NCBI GenBank assembly: GCA_043228905.1
Contig: JBHGNT010000006.1
Coordinates: 20,956,001-21,020,000 of the forward strand
Origin: Azolla caroliniana
Lineage: Eukaryota; Plantae; Polypodiophyta
Length of the DNA: 64,000 nucleotides
Direction: 5' to 3'
The position numbers were made by a program, and so were the translations under genes. Shown in pieces: positions 10,054 through 18,990 of the stretch; position 1 is the first letter of the stretch, and each line of letters begins with the position of its first letter. Under the pieces are notes generated by a model. That model made no database searches. It had not been told where the DNA came from and worked only from the letters and a program-made list of their open reading frames with translations.

Positions 10054-13000
10054 TAGTGAGTGAGTATACGTGTGTGTTCAAGTTCAAGTATGAGTATGTA
10101 AAGGGATGTCGATGTTACATTTTTTAATTCTAATAAGGCAAGTTTCAATTTATTTGTTAAGTGGTAGTATGTAAGAGTGCTAGAATGCGTATATGTAAAT
10201 GTTGTATATGTGTGCAGTTTGTCCTGAACCTATAAACTATCCCAAAACTAACTAGGAATCACTAGACAGACTAGTCCCAATCCCAATAGTCATGCCCTCA
10301 TGGTATGGTTAGTTCTAACTTTGAGGCCTAATGGACTACCCCGGTGACTAGTCCCAATAGCCATATATAAGAACATATTTCTAAAAGAAGGATTATGTTG
10401 TAAATCACTAATGTGGATCATTTTTGAGAGGTTGCATGGGTTCCTTTTTGGATTGCGACCTTCGCTGAGAGGAGGTGGACAAACTTGAACTGGGAAGCTT
10501 GGAGGATGTGATCCACATAGTGGAGCAATTGGCCAATTCGGAGAGCTTGCAATAAAAGCAAGACTCGATGGAGAAAATAGACACCTCATGGCCTTACCAT
10601 CAAGCAAGGAACGAAGTCTCAAGCACCGCAAGTGGAAACAAGGTGAGCAAATGACTTACTCACTCGAACCCCTTGGCAGGAGACAACATGCAACGACCAC
10701 CCAGATTCGACAAAAGGGTTCTTAACGTGGTCTTGTAAGCTTGATTGGGGCTCTAGCTCTAGCATGCATGAATGAATGTGGTGCCCTCAATTGGTCCCAA
10801 CCTATAGATTGTCCCAAAACTGACTGGAACGCACCAGACTGACTAGTTCCACTCCTAATAGGCACGTCCCCATGGTTTTCCCCAACTTTGAGGCACAATG
10901 GGTAGTCCCAAAAAAAGGATATATGTATATAAGTATGCAAATTGTGTTGGTAGGAAGGGGAGGGGTATTTGATGAAAAAATTTTGTCTATGTGCGGGTAG
11001 GTCTTCTTTTGTTTGTTTTGATTTAGGTCTAATTAAAAGGGTAAAAAAATAAAAGGTCAGAAAATGTGGAATGTCTAGCAACAACAACAATACAAGGTGA
11101 TGGGCAACAACAACTACTACGACAAAATGATGAGGTCGGAGACTGTAACTACCAACGGTTGGTAGTAGGTGGCAACATAGGACAACATGTTCAACAACAA
11201 TGAACGATTATAGCAATGGTGACGATATTGAGCAACAAACTTGAAAGAGGGAATTCCTCGATTGCCATGTGGCACTCGAGGAATTTTTTACAATGCTGAT
11301 ATGGTTGTCAAGGAAATTTCCTTGAGGTTAACATAACTTGAGGATTTGAAATTTCTCAAAATTCTAAGTTTGCCCACATCACTCAAGGAATTGAAATTCC
11401 TCAAAAGTTCTAAAATTTTCATCATTTGAGGAATTGAAATTCCTCAAAATTTTAAGTTTTTCCTTCTCCTCATCGGACTCCGGCTTTGACTCTTGCCGTC
11501 CGAGAAATTTACAAAGGTATGGAGAACTATCGAATTTGAGTGCATGGAAGAAATGGGATGATTTCTCCAATAGTGAAATCTCGATATATGTGGAGCAACT
11601 ATACATGAAGAATGAACATCTGTGAGCAATATGCTTCCCACTATGCATGCACATGAGAGCTTTTGAGTATAAGGCAGTAACATAAATCTCACACTCAAAA
11701 ACTCATAGCAAAGAGGGCAATACCTTCAATCACATTAACATTGTTGCACACACATAAACATTCAAAAGAGAACCTCCAGTTAGGTGTAGTTTGAGGAGAA
11801 CAAAAGATTGTGACCAATGTCGTGTCAGTGTATGATAAACACAAGAACATGTCACTTTGGAGTGCCTCACATTTTAGGATGTTAGGCATGGATTTCAATC
11901 AATTTGTCTTTGAGACCATAGAAAACAATAAATGACACTAGGCATGCTCTATGCTCATGCATTCGGCCACAAACTATCTTTGCTTTTTATTTAAGCTTTT
12001 ACATTTTCTTTTTGCTCTAGGATAGTTCTTTATAACGATTGTTGGTCCCATGGGCCAAGTTGACCCCCATTAGAGTGAATATATCATCATTGTCATTGTT
12101 GTCTCTCTCAAAGCATGTAACCAATCAAATTGCTTTGTGTTCAAGGTAAAAAGTCGGACTTCCATTTTTATCCATTGAGTGTTAAGGATTTCAATAGATC
12201 AAACAATCAAAATCACTTATCTTTTAACCGTTTTCATTTTTACAATGTACTTTTTATATGCTTTTTTGCATGTGTATGCACTGTGTGTGAGAAAGAAGGA
12301 AAAGAAACGTAGCAATGTCTTTCTAGACACAAAGGTACATATAATGAAGTAGATCATTTGTTGTATTCTGGATAGGAAAAAACAACGGAGGGGAGGGTGA
12401 ATTAGGTAGAGGTTGGTGTTTTTGTATACATTGCTTTCATTTTGTCTTCCGTCATTTAACAAACTATCTACATTACATTTTCTAAATTCTATAATTCCAA
12501 ATGCATTTCTATGCTTTCAATAAAATGCTGAACTTTTGCCTTATTAAAAGTTAACTTGACAATATATGAGACATTATAACTGGACAACTTGATCAATGTC
12601 AATCCTCACTTATCACAAATGAAAATCCCCCATACTCCTCCAATTCACATTAATATTTTCCTATATGTTTTTTGAGTAACTCAATTTATTTATTTTTCTA
12701 TATCACTTGCAATGGAAATAATATTTCACGCGGAACTTGGCAACAACCAACACATTTGGGTGTTAGATGTAATTATGAGTGTTGACAAAATAGTATTATG
12801 CACAAGATACTTTTAACACTTTTGCATCAAATTTATCATGAGGACAAGTTACAGGTTCATCGAGAATGCATTAAATATCAACAATAAGATACTGAGCACA
12901 ATTTTCATGCACTTAAATGAGATGACCTAGAAAACCTACCAAAGAATTCATTATCGAATGTAGAAATCAATTACATATGAGGGACAATATCAAAATCTAA

Positions 13001-14124
13001 TGAAAAAAATATGATAAAACATAAATAATACTCTCAATCTTTACCCCATCCCCACCCAACTTCTTCATTCTAGGTCTAGCGAAGAGTGCCTGAAATTGCA
13101 AGGACAATCCATGCCTCTGCTCCTATCAATGTCATGATGAATTTGTAGGCAATTACCTAGGTTCTTGTCCTCAATCTCATAATGATTCTTACCGCGAAGG
13201 AGATTGTAATTCTATAAAAAAATTGGGATAAGTAAATCATATTTTCAAACATAGTCCTTGATCCTTGACCCTTGATTGACTTGTCCCTCCCATCTCACTG
13301 AATAAAGCATCCATGAATTGAGCCCACTACAATTGGAACACATTTATGTAGTATCAAGCAATGTTACTTGTTTGCTGGGTCCATTTTGCCTCCGTCGTTA
13401 AGGACAAGTGGAATCATTTTTCCTATTGGCATTGCCTATATGTTTAAGGTTCTTCTTGGATTACAACTTGACCACCCCACATTCTCTTTCTACCATCTTG
13501 GAATCTCAACAAGAAGAATGCATATCCACCCATCTTGTAGTAACTATCCAATACCCACCATTTTACATGAAATATTTGCTAGTCATTTACCAATCATCTA
13601 ATGTTTTAGTCTATATACCCCAAATAAGATAATTCCTTTTCAGAATCTTATTTTACCTATTTCTCAACCCAAAGCTATCAACCTATTTCAGCTGAAATAA
13701 AGGAGTGTTCATCTTCCTCTACAAGTACACAAGACATTAAGTGCATAAGTATAAAATAATGCATTTCTAAACTTATGAATGATCTAAACTTCAAAGTTCA
13801 ATTTGACTAAGAAAAGGAGCATAAGAATTAGTGGGAGAAAGAAAATAGCAAGAATTATAAATATCATATGATCTTCATAAAGAAGGTTGTTTGTGGAACA
13901 CCAATATGAGATCTGACTATGTGAAATTGTTTACCACTTCCTACTTTACGGTTTTACATATTACGTTTCAAACATTGATCATTTTCAAGAATAAAGCTTA
14001 CAACCTCAATCATTATGTAGTACATAAGATTGTAAACTATTGACAAAGTATTGAGAGATTTAACTAAAGGTGGAGTTATTATGAATCACAATAGATAAAT
14101 ATATATGTGTTATGTGTACAAGAG

Positions 14125-14657
14125 TAACAATTGGCAATGGTTCAGTTTGAACCGAACCGAACCGCAAAATTGTGGCTTAACGGTTTAAACGATTCGGTAC
14201 AAGTTCAAGTTTTTTTAAACAGTTCTTTTTTGGTTCCATTCAGTTTGGGGGGGGGGGGGGGGGGTGAATAGTTCAATTTAGTTCGGTTTCAATGGTTAGA
14301 AACCGTGGTTTAAACGGTTTAATGGTTTTTTATTTTATTTTTTTAAATTTATTTTATTTATAAATTTTTTTACAATTTTTTTTTTCATTTTAAAGCCTAT
14401 TCTCACATTTTAGGAAAATCTTTAAAATTTAAAAAAATTTAAATTTCGAATATTGACCTAAGTTGAAAACCAAAACCGGACCACGAAACCACAGTTTAAT
14501 GGTTTGGATTTTATTGAACGATTTTGGTTCAAATGGTTTAGCGGTTTGGTTTGGTTCGGCTCGGTTCAAGATTAAAAAAAATTTAACAGTTTGGTTTCAA
14601 ACTAGTTCGATTTTGACACTCTCAAACCAAACCAAACCAAATTATTGCCAATTGTTA
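14125..14657. mobile_element. Non-autonomous hAT-type MITE
   Basis: Perfect 14-bp TIR TAACAATTGGCAAT/ATTGCCAATTGTTA. Perfect 8-bp TSD TACAAGAG at 14117-14124 and 14658-14665. Subterminal AACCG/CGGTT repeats. Confidence 0.9.
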
Positions 14658-14676
14658 TACAAGAGAGTAGCTTGCC

Positions 14677-14708
<32 letters not shown>

Positions 14709-14710
<2 letters not shown>

Positions 14711-15255
14711 TCATGAAGACATACATCTTGGCTTATCATGACATTCATCTTGGCGAACCAGGAATCGAACCCATAACCTCTTGGTTTACATATTGTACTT
14801 TAACCATTGTAATAACATATGTGAGATGTAATCATAATAATTATATGTTTAGTTATTACGAGATATTTAGAACATTCTAGATTATTCTAGAATGTTCTTG
14901 AATATTTCATGATTATATTTATTATTATTATTATTCATAAATATCTAAAATATTCTAGAACATTCTAGAATACTCCATAAGGGCCTATAAATAAGAGTCC
15001 ATACACTCATCACAACTCATTCGGTTCAACACCAGTCTTTAGCCCTTAGCCTACTCCTTGTAATCTTCTTTCTCATAATATAATCGCATTCCCATTTCTT
15101 ATCTCTCACTTATACTTTTCTCTCTCTCGCACTCTCTCCCTCTTTCACTCTCTTTCTATCACTATCGCTATCTCTACCGCTCTCGCCATCTCTATCGTTA
15201 TCGTTATCTCTATCGCCATCGCTCTCCCTCTGCTTCCTACTCAAGAGTCACGACA
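14709..15255 (+). repeat. 5' LTR of Gypsy-2
   Basis: TGTCATG...CACGACA; TATAAATA at 14986-14993. Confidence 0.95.
14751..14822 (-). ncRNA. tRNA-like Pol III cassette in U3 of the Gypsy-2 5' LTR, antisense to the element
   Basis: Minus strand reads GTTATTACAATGGTTAAAGTAC...ACCAAGAGGTTATGGGTTCGATTCCTGGTTCGCCA. Perfect B box GGTTCGATTCC (14761-14771); A-box-like TATTACAATGG. Confidence 0.55.
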
Positions 15256-15257
15256 GT

Positions 15258-15268
15258 TTGAACCGAAT
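15258..15268 (+). promoter_or_regulatory. Self-priming PBS of Gypsy-2 (TTGAACCGAAT)
   Basis: Exact 11-nt complement of ATTCGGTTCAA at 15019-15029, 33 nt after the start of the TATA box. No TGG tRNA-type PBS is present. Confidence 0.8.
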
Positions 15269-15340
15269 ATTTCTTTTCCCTTTCTCCAATAACCCTAGCA
15301 AGCTTTCTTCTTTATCCTTCTTTCTTTTTCCCCCGCGGTT

Positions 15341-16468
15341 ATGGAGTCGGTCAGCAAGCAAGAGTATATGCGTGTCCTTTCGGAGCTCGATATGCTCACC
15401 ACTAAGTTTGTGGCATTAGAGCAAGAAAATCAAAGGCTACTCGGGGATCTTCAACAAGTCAGTACTGAGAAAGCTCATCAATATGAGGAGTTATCACAAC
15501 GGGTTCATCAACTTGAGGCTACTATATTAGCATTACGAGAACAAGCGGCGGGGGTTCAAAACTCCCCAAGGGAACCAAAGATTAGCCTCCCTGCCAAGTT
15601 TGATGGTACCAGATCTCTCTTTCGAGGTTTCCTGAATCAAGTTCGTTTGGTGATTCAGTTACATCCCAATCGGTATCCAACTGATGCTGCCCGTGTGGGA
15701 TTAATAGGAACCTTGCTAAGCGGTACAGCGTTAGCATGGTTTGCACCACTTCTTGAGAAGAAATCACCATTACTGGAGGATTTCGAGGCATTCGTTAAGG
15801 AGTTTCAAGCTAGTTTTGGAGATACGGATAGCACTAGGACTGCAATAAACAAGATTCGAAGACTCCGACAAGGAGATCGTCCCGCTTCAGCTTATGCCGC
15901 AGATTTCCGTCTCTTGGCATGCGACATCCCTTGGGATGAGGCAGCCTTAATGGATCAATTCCGTCAGGGTTTGCGTAACGATGTCAAAGATCTTCTTCTT
16001 ACTTTCCATGAAGATCCAAAGTCTCTTACTGAAGCTATTAGCCGAGCTGTGCGATGTGATAATCGCCTATTTGAGCGACGTTCTGAACGTCAACAAATGT
16101 TACGCCGCCAACCGGAACAGACATACGCTTCTATAGTCGCCACACCGCCACAAGGTTCTAGACCCGTTACGAGGGATGGTCCCACTCCGATGGAAATAGA
16201 GTCGACACAACGTCGCGGGCCCTTATCAGATGCTGAGAAACAACGACGTCGGGCGCATCGCCTATGCCTCTACTGTGGTGGTCCAGGACATATAGCTGTG
16301 AATTGTCCACATAAACCCAGGCGTCAAGTTTACCAAGTAAGTGCACATGACAACCCTACATCAAGTTCTACTATCACTTCTAATAACTTAAGTACTAAGC
16401 CTACTAGCCCATGCCATGAGAATAGATTTGATGTCTTGAGCCAATTAGAGGATGTGTTAAACGAATAA
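15341..16468 (+). CDS. gag: Gypsy-2 Gag (intact, 375 aa; retrotransposon gag/PEG10-like capsid domain + CCHC knuckle)
   Basis: Open ORF with LPAKFDG, LRQGDRPASAYAADF, GPTPMEI and CLYCGGPGHIAVNC. Confidence 0.92.
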   Translation: MESVSKQEYMRVLSELDMLTTKFVALEQENQRLLGDLQQVSTEKAHQYEELSQRVHQLEATILALREQAAGVQNSPREPKISLPAKFDGTRSLFRGFLNQVRLVIQLHPNRYPTDAARVGLIGTLLSGTALAWFAPLLEKKSPLLEDFEAFVKEFQASFGDTDSTRTAINKIRRLRQGDRPASAYAADFRLLACDIPWDEAALMDQFRQGLRNDVKDLLLTFHEDPKSLTEAISRAVRCDNRLFERRSERQQMLRRQPEQTYASIVATPPQGSRPVTRDGPTPMEIESTQRRGPLSDAEKQRRRAHRLCLYCGGPGHIAVNCPHKPRRQVYQVSAHDNPTSSSTITSNNLSTKPTSPCHENRFDVLSQLEDVLNE

Positions 16469-16507
16469 GTCCGGCCAAAATAGGAGCCATTTGGTTGGAC
16501 CATCCTA
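16456..16507 (+). promoter_or_regulatory. Putative -1 ribosomal frameshift signal (slippery G_TTA_AAC + H-type pseudoknot)
   Basis: pol is in the -1 frame and open across the site. 6-nt spacer. Stem 1 GTCCGGCCAAA/TTTGGTTGGAC; loop TAGGA pairs with downstream TCCTA. Confidence 0.7.
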
Positions 16508-18291
16508 GTTATGTAGAGTCAGTACCTAGTTGTGGTTCCATTTCATCAAATCAAGTTAGTAGAGTTTTTTCTGCACAAGTCGAGCTTAGCACATCTACAG
16601 GTCATCGCGCCCTAGCCTCTGCCCTCCTAGATTCCGGAGCCAATTCTTGTTTCATGGATCGCGAGTTTGCATTGACTCAAAACATCATCTTGAAAAAACT
16701 CCCAAACCCAGTAGCTGTAGGAGTCATCGATGGTCGCCCTATAGCATCAGGAGATATAGTCGAAGAGTCTGAACCAATTCGTGTAGTCCTAGGTAATTTG
16801 GCTAGTGTCATCTCATTTAACATCATTAGTAGTCCGGAGCACTCTCTAGTTCTTGGTCTTCCTTGGTTTGAGTTACATAACCCAACCATTGATTGGAGAA
16901 AAAGAACTATTGAAGAGGTCACCGTACAATCCAAGTCTCTTGAAGCTCCAACTAAGGATCTAGGATCCCCCACAATTTCAACAATCTCTATACATCAATT
17001 ACGAGAGGATGGAAGAAAGGAAGACATGATGGTATTTGCGGTTTTAGCAACTCCCTCATCTAGCTCACAAGAATTGGGGGTCCAACTACCAAAGAAGTAC
17101 ATAGAATTCTCCGATGTGTTCGATAAGGTGAAGGCTAATAGACTACCAGAGCATCGACCATATGATTGCCCAATTGATTTGCAGCCAGGAAAAGAGCCTC
17201 CATGGGGACCAATTTATAATCTTTCGCCCACGGAGTTAGAGGTTCTTCGAGAATATATCAATGAGAACTTGGCAAATGGTTTTATCCAACATTCAAAATC
17301 TCCTGCTGGTGCACCCATCTTTTTCGTTAAGAAGAAAGATGGTACGCTTCGTATGGTCGTGGATTATCGAGGCTTGAATAAAGTGACCGTTAGAAACCGA
17401 TATGCTCTCCCATTGATCTCAAGCCTTCTAGAACGCCTCAGTGAAGCAAAGTATTTCACGAAGTTAGATCTTCGAGGTGCCTACAACCTTGTTCGAATTC
17501 GTCCTGGGGATGAATGGAAGACGGCGTTCCGCACTCGCTATGGTCATTTTGAGTACACAGTGATGCCTTTTGGCCTCACGAATGCACCAGCAGTCTTCCA
17601 ACATATGGCGAATGATATTTTTCGAGACTTCCTCGATATCTTCATCATTGTTTACCTGGATGATATCTTGATCTACTCAAAAACTCAAGAAGAACATGAT
17701 ATACATGTTCGCCAAGTTTTGCAACGGCTACGAGAGTATGGTCTCTATGCAAAATTGGAGGAGTGTAGTTTCGACCAACGTCAAGTGGAGTTTTTGGGGT
17801 ACATAGTCTCTTCAAATGGCATCTCTATGGATCCATCAAAGGTTCAAACAATTTTGGATTGGCAAACACCACAGTCCGTGCGAGATGTGCAATGTTTTTT
17901 GGGGTTCGCAAACTTTTATCGCAAGTTCATCAAAGATTATTCAAAAATTGTGTTGCCCCTCACTCAACTGACGCACAAGAATCGATCATTTGTATGGAGT
18001 ATAGATGCGAACTCTGCATTTGAGGGTTTAAAGCAAGCATTTACATCCGCACCAATCTTAATCCATGTCGATCCAATGAGGCGCTTTATACTTGAAGCTG
18101 ATGCATCGGATTTCGCACTCGGAAGTGTACTATCCCAAATTGGTGATGATGGTGAACTGCACCCGGTGGCTTTTCACTCACGAAAATTTGAAGCCGCAGA
18201 AATCAACTATGAGATTCACGACAAAGAGCTTCTTGCCATTGTGGATTCTTTTCAACAATGGCGTCATTTTCTGGAGGGTTCTTCTCAGTAG
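16495..18291 (+). CDS. pol: Gypsy-2 Pol 5' part (protease, RT, RNase H), ended by a premature TAG and the Copia insertion
   Basis: LLDSGA, KLDLRGAY, VMPFGL, YLDDIL, LEADAS and NYEIHDKELLAI motifs. Confidence 0.9.
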   Translation: MDHPSYVESVPSCGSISSNQVSRVFSAQVELSTSTGHRALASALLDSGANSCFMDREFALTQNIILKKLPNPVAVGVIDGRPIASGDIVEESEPIRVVLGNLASVISFNIISSPEHSLVLGLPWFELHNPTIDWRKRTIEEVTVQSKSLEAPTKDLGSPTISTISIHQLREDGRKEDMMVFAVLATPSSSSQELGVQLPKKYIEFSDVFDKVKANRLPEHRPYDCPIDLQPGKEPPWGPIYNLSPTELEVLREYINENLANGFIQHSKSPAGAPIFFVKKKDGTLRMVVDYRGLNKVTVRNRYALPLISSLLERLSEAKYFTKLDLRGAYNLVRIRPGDEWKTAFRTRYGHFEYTVMPFGLTNAPAVFQHMANDIFRDFLDIFIIVYLDDILIYSKTQEEHDIHVRQVLQRLREYGLYAKLEECSFDQRQVEFLGYIVSSNGISMDPSKVQTILDWQTPQSVRDVQCFLGFANFYRKFIKDYSKIVLPLTQLTHKNRSFVWSIDANSAFEGLKQAFTSAPILIHVDPMRRFILEADASDFALGSVLSQIGDDGELHPVAFHSRKFEAAEINYEIHDKELLAIVDSFQQWRHFLEGSSQ

Positions 18292-18297
18292 ATTATT

Positions 18298-18980
18298 TGT
18301 TACAAACAGCGCTCGGCCACAACCGAGGAATAGGATCAACTTCCAGAAAACAGGAAATACAAAATGCACGAAGTACAATAGAGAGAAGAGTACACAGGAT
18401 GTTTTACGTGGAAAACCCTAACTGGGGAAAAAACCACGGGAGTCCTCAAACTCCAACTATCACTATAGACAGAGATGTACAATGGTGAAGCTACAAGGCA
18501 ACAACCTTGAGCTCACTGTCTTCGCCACAGGCGGCGGCAGTACACAGAGGCAACGACCTCTTCGTCTCTCTCTCTCTCTCTCTCTCTCGGCTACTCACTT
18601 TTCTCTCTCTCAAAATGAGCAACAACCTAAACTGTTTGCCCTAAATCATATTTATACACATATGACTTTCGGGCTATTACAAATATAGCCTCAAGGGCTC
18701 TTAGCAAACATATTCACAGATATGTCCCCGCATCCAGATCTCTCTCCGGGTACATTCGTCATCCGGCTCCGTAACCGGGGTCTTCAGCATCCGGCTCCGT
18801 AACCGGGGTCTTCATCATCCGGCTCCGTAACCGGGGTCTTCATCATCCGGCTCCGTAACCGGGGTCTTCATCATCCGGCTCCGTAGCCGGGGTCTTCATC
18901 ATCCGGCTCCGTAACCGCAACCGGGCTTGCCATCATTTATCTCCGGGGACATCCCATCCGGAGGGACCGAAATCCCAACA
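18298..18980 (-). repeat. 3' LTR of young Copia copy 1 (683 bp, five full 28-bp U3 units)
   Basis: Direct repeat of 23095-23748. Confidence 0.95.
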
Positions 18981-18990
18981 AACTCCCCCT

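Noticed and set aside
14751-14762. TGGCGAACCAGG as a tRNA-type PBS, or the cassette as a functional tRNA gene
   Set aside because: It lies inside U3 rather than after the LTR. The anticodon arm and CCA position are non-canonical, so it was kept only as tRNA-like.
18759-18925. 28-bp repeat array resembling a CRISPR array
   Set aside because: Contiguous tandem units without spacers, inside a eukaryotic LTR.
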